Assembly (NCBI GenBank): GCA_015065135.1
Contig: SVQY01000008.1
Span: forward strand, 1,264-65,263
Direction: 5' to 3'
From: Oscillospiraceae bacterium
Lineage (GTDB): Bacteria > Bacillota > Clostridia > Oscillospirales > CAG-272
DNA length: 64,000 bases
Under the pieces are notes generated by a model. That model was not told the origin of the DNA. It saw only the letters and a program-made list of their open reading frames with translations, and ran no database searches. Below, piece by piece: positions 25,281-34,690 of the stretch. The position numbers were made by a program, and so were the translations under genes. Position 1 is the stretch's first letter; each line of letters opens with the position of its first letter.

Positions 25281-25311
25281 AAAAGAGCCGCACCGATGCG
25301 GCTCTTTTTTC
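25281..25311. terminator. bidirectional terminator
   Basis: AAAAGAGCCGC-ACCGAT-GCGGCTCTTTTTT. Confidence 0.8.
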
Positions 25312-25325
25312 TGTCGTAAAAATGC

Positions 25326-26786
25326 TTATTCAAAGATATCATTGACCCATTCCTTCGGCGGTGCGACGGAGACGCCTGCATAGCAATCCTTGTCAAAGGT
25401 GGGAATGGGATCGGGCAGATCGGTGCCCGCGTAAAGAAAGGACTGTGCGGGCAAAAACAGGGATACGTGTTCGGAATTTTCGCACAAAACGCGGCGAATG
25501 ACCTCATTTGTGCGCATCGGATCGGTGAGCTGCAGCACCAGATCGGTCCCGCAGCCTGCAAGAGACAGACGCAGGTCAACGGGCTCGATGCCCTGATTGA
25601 CCACCAGCAAGCCGTTGCCGCAGTCGCCCTTGGCGGCAAGAGTATAAATGTCCTTATTGTCGCAGTTTACGGCGACCTCCTCCCCCATGCGGTAAAGGGC
25701 GTTGAAGCTCTTGAAGGCGTAAAAGCCCTTGGTGGGCTCCAGGGTGGCGCCGTTGCGGATGCTCACCCGCATTTCCTTTACGTTAAAGATGCCGCAGAAC
25801 TCCTTGACGGGGGCTGCCTCAAAGTAGGCCGCGCCCGCCATGTCGGTCTCGCTTTGCATGGCACAGAGCATAGCGGCGTAGTAGCAGGCGCCCCGATGGT
25901 CCTTCATGGCGGGGTAATAAAGGGGCTGATTGATCGCATCCCACGCGCCCATGTAATTCCATTCGTCCAGCCAGATCTCGGTGTCGGCGTGACCGATTTT
26001 GCACAACGTGTCACGAAAATGCCGCCAAAGCGCCACAGGATGGGCGGGGGTGGCGGAATAGGTGTGGAAGGAGAAAAAGTCCAGCGGCAGGGCGCGCTCG
26101 CCGACGGCGGCAAGAAAACGATCCACGTTCCCGTGATGAGAACCGGTGAAGCCGCAGCCACCGATCTTCGGATGAGGGAAGCAGGCCTTCAGATGCCGCG
26201 CCGCCACGGTGTAAAACTCAATGAACTGCTGCTGCGTGCCTGCCCAGGTCTTGGTGGACTCGGCGTCCGACTCGTTCCAGATCTCCCAGTATGCGATATT
26301 CCACGTAAATCCGTCCGCCCACCCCTCGTTATAGTGGCGGATGATATGCTCGCAGATCCGTGCCCATTTGGCATAGTCCTTCGGGGGATAAGTATAGAGC
26401 TTTGTGGGGGCGTGCTCGATAGAGACCCCCAGACGGTATATGATCCCGGCATTTACCGACAGGCACTGACGGATGTATTCGTCGGTCTGCGCGAAGCTGT
26501 AATTTGCGGGGTCGTTCTCGTCCGCATCGAAGCTTTTGAAGATGCAGGGCACGTCCACAAATTCCCCCGAGCCGTAGGGGTATTCAATGTCGTGTAGCCG
26601 CACGAAGGGGATGCCTGCTTCGACAAACCGGGAACGGGCATCATAAACGATGGTGTTGCGCGGTCCCGAGTTCATGCCGTGCAGGGGGCGGATGGGGCGC
26701 CCCGTGGGACGGTCAAAATCCACCGAGAGGTTCGCCGTCGGCATAGCGGTCCTCGTTACCCGATTGAATGCAGTGCTTTCGCTCAT
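25326..26786 (-). CDS. clan GH-A glycoside hydrolase, GH39-like
   Basis: YWEIWNESD (acid/base NE) and IWLDEWNY (nucleophile E) spaced as in GH39 TIM barrels; no signal peptide. Confidence 0.5.
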   Translation of the reverse strand: MSESTAFNRVTRTAMPTANLSVDFDRPTGRPIRPLHGMNSGPRNTIVYDARSRFVEAGIPFVRLHDIEYPYGSGEFVDVPCIFKSFDADENDPANYSFAQTDEYIRQCLSVNAGIIYRLGVSIEHAPTKLYTYPPKDYAKWARICEHIIRHYNEGWADGFTWNIAYWEIWNESDAESTKTWAGTQQQFIEFYTVAARHLKACFPHPKIGGCGFTGSHHGNVDRFLAAVGERALPLDFFSFHTYSATPAHPVALWRHFRDTLCKIGHADTEIWLDEWNYMGAWDAINQPLYYPAMKDHRGACYYAAMLCAMQSETDMAGAAYFEAAPVKEFCGIFNVKEMRVSIRNGATLEPTKGFYAFKSFNALYRMGEEVAVNCDNKDIYTLAAKGDCGNGLLVVNQGIEPVDLRLSLAGCGTDLVLQLTDPMRTNEVIRRVLCENSEHVSLFLPAQSFLYAGTDLPDPIPTFDKDCYAGVSVAPPKEWVNDIFE

Positions 26787-26898
26787 AGTATTTCCTTCCT
26801 TATTGCAAAGCTGTTTTTTCTTTATTATACAGGCTTTATTTCACCCCGTCTATCAAAATGTCATTGGATTTTTAGCATAATCTTACGATTTTGAGCGA

Positions 26899-26934
26899 AG
26901 AAAAAACCGCGGCACTTGCGAAAAGTGCCGCGGT
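26899..26934 (-). terminator. terminator after ackA
   Basis: ACCGCGGCACTT-GCGAAA-AGTGCCGCGGT with a T-tract on the minus strand. Confidence 0.75.
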
Positions 26935-26955
26935 GTGTTATACTGAAGGTCGGAA

Positions 26956-28188
26956 TTACTTTGCCGCAGAAACGATGGCAGCGGTGTCTCTTGCGATGAC
27001 CAGCTCCTCGTTGGTGGGGATCAGGTAAACGGCGACCTTGGAGTCGTCGGTGGAGAGCTTCACGATGTTGGGCTGACGCAGGGTCTTGGCATTCAGCTCC
27101 TTGTTGATCTTGATGCCGAAGTACTCCATGTCCTCGCAAACGATCTCGCGCAGGTGGGGGTTGTTCTCACCGATACCGGCGGTAAAGACCACAGCATCCA
27201 GGCCGTTCATGATAGCGGAGTAAGCACCGATGTACTTCTTCAGCTGGAACTTCAGGATGTTCACGGCCAGGTTGGCGCGCTCGTAGTGAGGATCGGAGGG
27301 GCCGTTGGCAATGGCGTTCTCCAGATCGCGGGAGTCGGAGGAGAAGCCGGAGATGCCAAGGAAGCCGGACTTCTTGTTCATCAGGTTGTTGACCTCAGCG
27401 CCGCTCAGGTTCAGCTTTTCCATCATATAGGGAACCAGCGCGGGATCGATATCGCCGCAACGGGTGCCCATTTCCACGCCTGCAAGGGGCGTGAAGCCCA
27501 TGGAGGTATCCATGACCTTGCCGTCCTTTACGGCGGAGATGGAGGAGCCGTTACCGATGTGGCAGGTCACGATCTTGGTGCCCTCGGTGCGGCCCAGGAT
27601 CTTGCACATCTCGCCTGCAACAAAGCGGTGAGAGGTGCCGTGTGCGCCGTAGCGGCGAACGCCGTACTTCTCGTACAGCTCATAGGGCAGAGCGTAGGTG
27701 TAGGCCTCGGGAGCCATGCTCTGATGGAAGGCGGTATCGAATACCAGCACCTGGGGCTTGTCGGGCATAACGGCAAGGCAGCCCTGAATGCCCTGGATGT
27801 GGGCGGGGGTGTGAAGGGGAGCGAAATCGTTGCAAAGCTTCAGCTTCTCCAGAACCTCATCGGTGAGCAGCATCGACTCGGAGAAGAAGGCGCCGCCGTG
27901 CACCACGCGGTGACCGACAGCCTCGATCTCGTCCATACTCTCAATGCAGCCGACCTCCTTGTCAAGCAGCTTCTCAACGACCAGCTTCAAAGCCACGGCA
28001 TGGTTCTCCATGGGGTAGTGCTGATCCTTGATCTTGATGTCCTTGATGACCTGCTGATGGGTGATCATCGAAGCCTCGGTGTTGCCGATGGCCTCACAGA
28101 TGCCCTTTGCAAACAGTGTGCCGGTATCGGGCTCGAGGACCTGATATTTCAGGGAGCTGGAGCCTGCATTCACGACCAAAATTTTCAT
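26956..28188 (-). CDS. ackA: acetate kinase
   Basis: ATG at 28188 after GGAGGA; MKILVVNAGSSSLKYQV...GHRVVHGG...HIGNGSS are canonical AckA motifs. Confidence 0.9.
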   Translation of the reverse strand: MKILVVNAGSSSLKYQVLEPDTGTLFAKGICEAIGNTEASMITHQQVIKDIKIKDQHYPMENHAVALKLVVEKLLDKEVGCIESMDEIEAVGHRVVHGGAFFSESMLLTDEVLEKLKLCNDFAPLHTPAHIQGIQGCLAVMPDKPQVLVFDTAFHQSMAPEAYTYALPYELYEKYGVRRYGAHGTSHRFVAGEMCKILGRTEGTKIVTCHIGNGSSISAVKDGKVMDTSMGFTPLAGVEMGTRCGDIDPALVPYMMEKLNLSGAEVNNLMNKKSGFLGISGFSSDSRDLENAIANGPSDPHYERANLAVNILKFQLKKYIGAYSAIMNGLDAVVFTAGIGENNPHLREIVCEDMEYFGIKINKELNAKTLRQPNIVKLSTDDSKVAVYLIPTNEELVIARDTAAIVSAAK

Positions 28189-28311
28189 AGTGATCCTCCA
28201 AATATATAATAGAATTTTGAATACCAACAGTAAGTATAACACACCCCGCCGTTTTTTTCAATATCCTTTGCGGATTTTTCTGAAATTCGTTGACGGCAGA
28301 AAAGAGGAAGC

Positions 28312-29490
28312 ATGAAGCACACCGGAATCATTTGCGAATACAATCCCTTTCACAGCGGGCATCTGCACCTGCTGGATACCGTTCGCGCCGCCGGCACCAA
28401 AACGGTGATCTGCCTGATGAGCGGCCATTTTACTCAGCGCGGTGAGGCTGCGATCCTGCCGCCCGCTGCCCGTGCCGCCATGGCGATGGCAGCAGGTGCG
28501 GATCTGGTGCTGGAGCTGCCCTTTCCCTATGCCGCCGCCTCCGCGCGGTACTTTGCCACCGCAGGTGTGGATGCCCTGCAGCGGCTTGGCGCAGACACGG
28601 TCGCCTTTGGCAGCGAGTGCGCCGATGCCGCGCGGCTCTCGGCCGCGGCCGCGCGTACTCTGACCGAGGATTTTGAAAAAAAGGTGGCAAACGGGGCGAA
28701 AAACAGGGGAGATGCGGCTGTTTTCTTTGATGCGCTCGGTGAGGAGCGGATCGGCGCCAACGATATTCTTGCGGTAGAATATATCCGCGCAGTCAAGCGC
28801 GGCGGTGACCGCCTGGCGGTCTATCCGGTCCTGCGCGAGGGGGCAGGGTATCACGATCTTTCGGAAAATGTCCTCCACCCCTCAGCGACCGCTCTGCGCG
28901 AGAGCATTTTTGCGGGCGCGGACATTGCCGACAGATTGCCGCCCTGCGTGCAGGGGGTCTGGCGTGAGGCCGCAGAGGCCCGGGGCTTTGCCGATACAGC
29001 CCGTTTGGGGGCGCCGGCTCTGGCGATGTTGCGCGCACTTTGCTTTCAAAAAGACGACACGTATGCAAAAAACAATGCATTTTTGATAGCGGATTGTGGC
29101 GGCGGACTGCTGGAGCGGCTGCAGAATGCGGCGGTGCAGGCGGATGGCTATCATAGTCTTTGCCGTGCCGCTGCCACCAAAAAATATACCGACGGTCGCA
29201 TCCGCCGTGCGCTGCTTTATCTGCTCGCCGGCGTGACCTATGCGGATCTTGAGGCGGCGCCTGCCTATCTGCGGCTGCTTGGCGCCAACGAGCAGGGCAG
29301 AGCATTTCTTTCCGAGACCCGGAAAACGCGCACCGTTCCCGTAGTAACCAAGCCTGCGGATATCACGGCGCTGGGTGAGACCGCCGTGCGGCAGCGTGCC
29401 CTGGAGCTGACTGCAGCGGGCCTCTACGCTCTTTGCCTGCCGTGTCCGACCTCGATGGCCGCGTTGCAGCTGCCGCCTGTCCTGATCTAA
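28312..29490 (+). CDS. tmcAL: tRNA(Met) cytidine acetate ligase (UPF0348/YlbM family nucleotidyltransferase)
   Basis: GIICEYNPFHSGHLHLL...MSGHFTQRGE...LELPFPYA closely parallels B. subtilis YlbM/TmcAL. Confidence 0.75.
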   Translation: MKHTGIICEYNPFHSGHLHLLDTVRAAGTKTVICLMSGHFTQRGEAAILPPAARAAMAMAAGADLVLELPFPYAAASARYFATAGVDALQRLGADTVAFGSECADAARLSAAAARTLTEDFEKKVANGAKNRGDAAVFFDALGEERIGANDILAVEYIRAVKRGGDRLAVYPVLREGAGYHDLSENVLHPSATALRESIFAGADIADRLPPCVQGVWREAAEARGFADTARLGAPALAMLRALCFQKDDTYAKNNAFLIADCGGGLLERLQNAAVQADGYHSLCRAAATKKYTDGRIRRALLYLLAGVTYADLEAAPAYLRLLGANEQGRAFLSETRKTRTVPVVTKPADITALGETAVRQRALELTAAGLYALCLPCPTSMAALQLPPVLI

Positions 29491-30320
29491 TGGCGGTTTT
29501 GCCGGCGGTATACGGTTGGGGAGATCCCGTAGCGGGCCGTAAACAGACGGCAGAAATAGAAGGGGTCCTCAAAGCCGATGACCTCCGCGATCTCGCCGAT
29601 CCGCATATCGGTATGTCGCAGCATGCTTTCCGCGTTGGAAAGGCGCAATCCGTTGCGGTATTCTACCGGGCTTTTGCCGGACCACTCCCGAAAGCAGCGA
29701 TAAAAATAGGTGCTGCTGACACCGCAAAGGGCGGCGTAATGCTCGATCCGCTCATTTTTGCTCCAGTCGGCGCGCAGCGCCTCCACGCCTGCGCGGATAG
29801 AGTAATAGGTGGCGGGAATGCTGCGGTTGGCAGAGACCAATGCGTCCAGCAGCCGGTAGAGGAGGGCCTTGATGGCCATCAAGCTCTCATAGCCACCGTG
29901 TACCGCCTCGTTTAGTTTTTGAAAGTGCAGGCGCAAAAGTCCCTCGCGGTCATTGGAGAGCAGGGCGATCCTGTCGCAAAGAAGCACCGAGCTGCCCGTG
30001 CGATCCCAAAGATCCAGGTTGACGGTGTAGGTGTCGATACCGTTGGGGGTGCCGCCCTCTACGCTGACGCGGTAGCGCGTGCCCTTGGGAATAAAGATCA
30101 CATCTCCGTGCTTGGCGGTCAAAAATCCACCACCGTGTGTCAAAAAATGAACCTTAATGTCGGTACATACCAGAAAAAGGGCAGAAACGGGACGTGGGGT
30201 CTCCTCGTATAGCGAGAAGGCCTTGCGACTGACCCAAGTCTCGGCAAAGACCTCGGGGCGGCCGAAAAGCAGGTCGCTTTCCCCCAACCGCTCGGGTGGA
30301 ACGATCATCATTTCTATCAC
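29487..30320 (-). CDS. AraC family transcriptional regulator (cupin + HTH), divergent from the glycyl-radical operon
   Basis: C-terminal IAEVIGFEDPFYFCRLFTARYGISPTVYR is an AraC HTH; N-terminal cupin-like sensor. Confidence 0.8.
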   Translation of the reverse strand: MIEMMIVPPERLGESDLLFGRPEVFAETWVSRKAFSLYEETPRPVSALFLVCTDIKVHFLTHGGGFLTAKHGDVIFIPKGTRYRVSVEGGTPNGIDTYTVNLDLWDRTGSSVLLCDRIALLSNDREGLLRLHFQKLNEAVHGGYESLMAIKALLYRLLDALVSANRSIPATYYSIRAGVEALRADWSKNERIEHYAALCGVSSTYFYRCFREWSGKSPVEYRNGLRLSNAESMLRHTDMRIGEIAEVIGFEDPFYFCRLFTARYGISPTVYRRQNRH

Positions 30321-30465
30321 CTCCGTGTTACCTTCATTATATCGCGGCCGAAGCGGCTTTTCAATAGCTTTGTTTAGAAAAATCCAGGTTTATACACAAA
30401 AATGTATGGCCGCGCCGCCTTGGCTTTGCTATAATAAGGATGAAAAAATCATGTGAGGTGCTACT

Positions 30466-31422
30466 GTGGCATATCTGTTTTTGTTGTTGGCGCTGCTCTG
30501 CCTGACCGTAAAGGGCTATTGCGGCAAGAAGACCAGCAATTACGTGACCTCGACGGGGGATTCGCTGCTTTTCAACCTGCTGCGCATGCTGTTTTGCATT
30601 TTGATCGGCCTTGTGGTGGTCTTTGCGGAGCGCGCAGGACGCGAGCTTGCCGTAGAGCCTGCTATGCTCTGGATCACGGTGGGGGCAGGCGTTGCCAATG
30701 CGGCATTCCTTGCAGGATGGCTGCTGGCGATCCAAAAAAATCCGTTGGTGACGGTGGACGTATCCCTGACCATCGGCTCGATCCTGCCTGCCATTCTGTG
30801 CTTTTTTATGTTCGGCGATGCCATTTCGCCTTGGAAGATGGGGGGCTTTGCCCTGATACTGGCCGCCACTGCCGTGCTGGCAGGGTACAGCAAGGATACC
30901 GGCAAAAGGCCGGGCTTGCTCGGCGTGCTGCTGGTACTGATCGCCGCCCTCGGTGACGGACTTTCCGGCTTCTTCCAGCAGCTCTACAAGCAGTATTATA
31001 CCGAGGTCGGCACGCGCCACCACGGCGTGTTTTACGCCAAGTCGGTGTATCATTTTTATACCTACGTGTTTGCGGCGCTGGTGCTGCTGCTCTGCTTCGT
31101 CGCCTTTGCGCTCTGGCAGTACCGCAAGCAGTCGAACACCCCGAAAACGCAATACGTCAAGGGGCTTTTTGCAACCTGCAGGGGGCCGCTGGCGCATATC
31201 GTCGTGATGGCGATTTGCCTGTTTGCCGCCAGCTATTTCCAAACCGTTGCCACCAACGATTTCGGTATGGATCCGCAGGTGCTGTACCCCGTCACCAAGG
31301 GCGGGTGTCTGATCACTGTCAACATCACAGCCATGCTCTTTTTTGGAGAAAAGCCGAACTGGCGCAGCGTCATCGGCTCGCTCATTGCCCTTGGCGGTAT
31401 CGTGATGATGAGCGTTCTGTAA
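30466..31422 (+). CDS. drug/metabolite transporter (DMT/EamA-like) superfamily permease, ~10 TM
   Basis: GTG start after GAGGTG; 318 aa, internally duplicated 5+5 hydrophobic segments; TATAAT at 30430-30435. Confidence 0.55.
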   Translation: MAYLFLLLALLCLTVKGYCGKKTSNYVTSTGDSLLFNLLRMLFCILIGLVVVFAERAGRELAVEPAMLWITVGAGVANAAFLAGWLLAIQKNPLVTVDVSLTIGSILPAILCFFMFGDAISPWKMGGFALILAATAVLAGYSKDTGKRPGLLGVLLVLIAALGDGLSGFFQQLYKQYYTEVGTRHHGVFYAKSVYHFYTYVFAALVLLLCFVAFALWQYRKQSNTPKTQYVKGLFATCRGPLAHIVVMAICLFAASYFQTVATNDFGMDPQVLYPVTKGGCLITVNITAMLFFGEKPNWRSVIGSLIALGGIVMMSVL

Positions 31423-31434
31423 GGGAGGAAGCAA

Positions 31435-33654
31435 ATGACCGATCAAGTAAATGTCAGAGAAGCGATCACCGCGTTGACCGAAAAGCCGATGCTCGCTACC
31501 AGCGTAGAGCGCTTGCTTATATTGAATGAAATAAAATCGGAGGGGAAGGAGCTGCCGCGCCCCTTGCGCTTTTCCTCTATGCTCTCAAAGCTGCTTTCCC
31601 GCGTGTCGGTACCGTTGGAGCCCTACGATCTGATCGCAGGGCGCTGCGTGGATCGCCTGCTTACCGACGAGGAGGAGCAGATCTTTCGGGATTTTTGCGT
31701 TCATCCCGACAATCCCAGGCAAACGAGGATCTTCCCCTCCTGCGGACATTGCAGCTACGATTGGGAAAACCTGATCAGTCGGGGCTTGCCCGGGCTGCGC
31801 GAGGCGGCGCTTGCCTCGCTTGCCGAAAAGACGGACGAGGATGAGCGCATCTTCCTGCGCGGCGTGCTGGAGATCTATGATGCGATCCGCGATTTCATGC
31901 TGCGCTATGCCGACGCTGCCGATGAAAAGGGCATGACCCGTGTGGCGAAAAATCTCCGAAAGGCCGCCACCGAGCGCCCCGACGATTTCTACTCCGCTCT
32001 GCAGCTTTTGTGGACGGTCGCCTTTATCAACTGCGCCTATATTACCCTCAATCCCACCCTGACCCTGGGGCGGATGGATCAGCTGCTTTACCCCCTGTAT
32101 GCCGCAGATCTTGCCGCAGGGCGGCTCACACGGGAGGAGGCGGGCGCGCTGATCACCGACTATTATTGCAAGCACAATCTGATCATGGGCAGAGGCGAGC
32201 ATCAGGTGGGAAATGCGAAAAATTCTACCACGTTCGACAGAATTTGTAACTTTGACGCACCCCAGTACCTGCTGCTGGGCGGCACCGTCCGGGGGGAGGA
32301 TGCGGTCAACGACCTGACCTATCTTTTCGTCGAGCGGATCGTTCCCGCCTTCAAAAACCCCGTTATGGTGGTGCGGTATTATCCGGGTATGGATCAAAAG
32401 CATCCGCGGCTCTGGGAAATGCTGGTCGGGCACTCGCTTGCCAGCGCCTCTCTGATGTATTACAACGATGACAATGTGAAAAGGACTCTCCGTCGCATCG
32501 GCTTGCCCGAGGAGGCCATCGAGGATTATGTGCATTTCGGCTGCAACTGGCCGGGGCTCGGCACGATGGGCTCCTGGATGTCGATCGGTCCCTCCGCCGT
32601 GCATTATGAGTGCTTTCGCTCCGAGGAGGAAAAAAAGGCGATCAAAGCGCCCTATATGCGCTACCGCCACAAGGGTGGCTGGCCGATGGTGCTGATGGAG
32701 GTGATGCGTGAGCTGGCCGATCGCCCGGGACTGACCGTGGCGGATCTTTACGAGGGCTTTTTTGCCAAGTGGAGCGATTACGTGGAGCGCAAGCTACAGC
32801 AGCTGGAGCTGGAGCTGACGGTGCGCCGTCGCCGTCCTGCCACCGTGCTGACCTATAACGACTGCTTCTCCGCCCATTCGGTGCGCACCGCCGGCTGCCA
32901 TTCGGCAGGGGCGAAGTACCATTACGAGTTCCAATCCTTTTATATGTTCGGCAGCACCGTGGACTGTATGATCGTGGCGGATCAGCTGGTCTTTTTGCAA
33001 AAAAAGCTGACGCTGAGGCAGCTGCTGGAAGCCGCAGATGCCAATTTTGAGGGCTATCCCGAGGTGCTGGCGCTTTGTCGCAGCGTGGAAAAATACGGCA
33101 GCGACACCCCTCATTCCAATAGCCATGCGAGGCGCATGGCAGAGGGCGCGATGGAGATCGTGATCGAAAAGAGCCGCCCCTATCTGGAAAAATACGGCCT
33201 GTTTCTGGAGCCGTGTCTGCAAAGCGATACCTGGCACTTAAAGGCAGGCCTGCTTGCGGGTGCCACCGTGGACGGGCGCCTTGCGGGCACCCCCTATTCG
33301 CAAAACAGCCGCCCTGCCAACGGCTCCTGCATCAACGGAACCACCGCCATGCTGAATGCCATGCTGCACCTGCCGCACGACGGCGTGCTTTCGGGGGCGC
33401 TCAACCTGGATGTAGACCCGAAGCAGTTCGCGGGGGAGGAGGGGCATCGGCTCTTCGGCACGGTGCTGGCCACCTATTTCAATAACGGCGGCCTGCACGC
33501 GCAGGTCTCCGCGGTTGGTCTCAAGGAGCTGATCGATGCTCAGGAAAACCCTGATCGGCACCGCGATCTGCGCGTGCGCGTGACCGGCTACAGCGGTATT
33601 TTTGTGGATATCTGCAAGGAGCTGCAGGATGACATCATTGAACGCTTTAAATAA
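31435..33654 (+). CDS. glycyl radical enzyme (PFL2/glycerol-dehydratase-like family), atypical active-site loop
   Basis: The C-terminus HRDLRVRVTGYSGIFVDICKELQDDIIERFK matches the glycyl-radical fingerprint (Gly718); GATVDGRLAGTPYSQNSRPANG and GGLHAQVSAV blocks; Cys loop HFGCNWPG (Cys370); RBS GGGAGGAAG. Confidence 0.8.
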   Translation: MTDQVNVREAITALTEKPMLATSVERLLILNEIKSEGKELPRPLRFSSMLSKLLSRVSVPLEPYDLIAGRCVDRLLTDEEEQIFRDFCVHPDNPRQTRIFPSCGHCSYDWENLISRGLPGLREAALASLAEKTDEDERIFLRGVLEIYDAIRDFMLRYADAADEKGMTRVAKNLRKAATERPDDFYSALQLLWTVAFINCAYITLNPTLTLGRMDQLLYPLYAADLAAGRLTREEAGALITDYYCKHNLIMGRGEHQVGNAKNSTTFDRICNFDAPQYLLLGGTVRGEDAVNDLTYLFVERIVPAFKNPVMVVRYYPGMDQKHPRLWEMLVGHSLASASLMYYNDDNVKRTLRRIGLPEEAIEDYVHFGCNWPGLGTMGSWMSIGPSAVHYECFRSEEEKKAIKAPYMRYRHKGGWPMVLMEVMRELADRPGLTVADLYEGFFAKWSDYVERKLQQLELELTVRRRRPATVLTYNDCFSAHSVRTAGCHSAGAKYHYEFQSFYMFGSTVDCMIVADQLVFLQKKLTLRQLLEAADANFEGYPEVLALCRSVEKYGSDTPHSNSHARRMAEGAMEIVIEKSRPYLEKYGLFLEPCLQSDTWHLKAGLLAGATVDGRLAGTPYSQNSRPANGSCINGTTAMLNAMLHLPHDGVLSGALNLDVDPKQFAGEEGHRLFGTVLATYFNNGGLHAQVSAVGLKELIDAQENPDRHRDLRVRVTGYSGIFVDICKELQDDIIERFK

Positions 33655-33672
33655 CAGAAAGTGAGAAACGGT

Positions 33673-34608
33673 ATGAAGAAAATCGTTATTCCCAACGGAC
33701 TTGAGGTCGCTCCCGCCGTGCTGGGCGCTATGAATTTCGGCACCACTACCTCTCGGGCGGATGCCTATCGCGTGCTGGATGCTTATATGGATATGGGGGG
33801 CAATTTTATCGATACCTCCAACAACTATGCCCATTGGGCGGGCAGCGGTGACGAGAGCGAGACGCTGCTTGGCGAGTGGCTTCGTGACCGCGGCTGCCGC
33901 GAAAAGGTGGTGCTGGCCACCAAGGTGGGCTTTGACCGCCACGGCGAGGGCGCCGGATTGAAAAAGGAGCAGATCGAATACTGGATCGACGAGAGCCTGC
34001 GCAAGCTTGGCACAGATCACGTGGATCTCTACTATGCGCACACCGATGATGCCAATACTCCCTTAGAGGAGACCATGGATGCCTTCGACCGCCTTGTAAA
34101 GAAGGGCAAGGTCAGGTGCCTTGGCGGCAGCAATTATGACACCTGGCGCTTTGCCGAGGCCAATGCTATCGCCACCGCAAAGGGGCAGACCCCCTTCACG
34201 GTGATGCAGCAGAAGTTCACCTATTTACACCCAAAATCCGATATAGCACCCAAGTATATCTTCAACGAGGCCGTGAGCAGAGAGCGGCTGCGCTATCTTG
34301 TGGATAAGGATATCCCTCTGGTGGCCTATTCCTGCCTTGCAAAGGGCGGATATGAAAATGATGAGCGCATTCCCGCGGATTATATCGTGGGTGATCGACT
34401 TGCCTTCATCCGCGAGATGGCAAAGGAGAAGGGCGTCGGCACCAGCGCGCTGGTGGTGGCGTGGATGGCCAATCTCCACCGTTTGGCAGGCTTCCCCCGT
34501 GTGCTGCCGCTGTTTGCCTCCTCCCGCGTGGAGCATTTTCTCGAAAATCTGAAGGGTCTGGAGCTGACCCTGACCGACGAGGATATGGAGCGCCTCAACC
34601 GCGCCTGA
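33673..34608 (+). CDS. aldo/keto reductase
   Basis: LGAMNFGTTT...GGNFIDTSNNYA...DLYYAH... is AKR-typical; ATG at 33673 (GTG at 33661 also possible). Confidence 0.8.
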   Translation: MKKIVIPNGLEVAPAVLGAMNFGTTTSRADAYRVLDAYMDMGGNFIDTSNNYAHWAGSGDESETLLGEWLRDRGCREKVVLATKVGFDRHGEGAGLKKEQIEYWIDESLRKLGTDHVDLYYAHTDDANTPLEETMDAFDRLVKKGKVRCLGGSNYDTWRFAEANAIATAKGQTPFTVMQQKFTYLHPKSDIAPKYIFNEAVSRERLRYLVDKDIPLVAYSCLAKGGYENDERIPADYIVGDRLAFIREMAKEKGVGTSALVVAWMANLHRLAGFPRVLPLFASSRVEHFLENLKGLELTLTDEDMERLNRA

Positions 34609-34628
34609 GCCTTCCCCGCAAAAAGGCA

Positions 34629-34657
34629 TTGACTTTTTGCTGCGGCTGTGCTATACT
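34629..34657 (+). promoter_or_regulatory. promoter of the small orphan gene
   Basis: TTGACT (34629-34634), 17-nt spacer, TATACT (34652-34657). Confidence 0.55.
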
Positions 34658-34690
34658 ATATAGGATATTTTAGGAAAGCGAGGCAGAGCA

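Noticed and set aside
24688-25293. 201-aa minus-strand ORF
   Set aside because: It overlaps the plus-strand lipoprotein ORF. That ORF has a promoter (TTGACA at 24708), a GGAGGGGG RBS and a signal peptide with lipobox. The minus-strand product has none of these.
29487-34608. Looked for a glycyl-radical activating enzyme next to the GRE, including overlapping and antisense ORFs such as 33238-34041
   Set aside because: No ORF in or around the operon, or anywhere in the window, contains the CxxxCxxC radical-SAM cluster motif with ferredoxin-like Cys repeats. The antisense ORFs are shadow ORFs. I report the absence as an observation, not as evidence that the genome lacks an activase.
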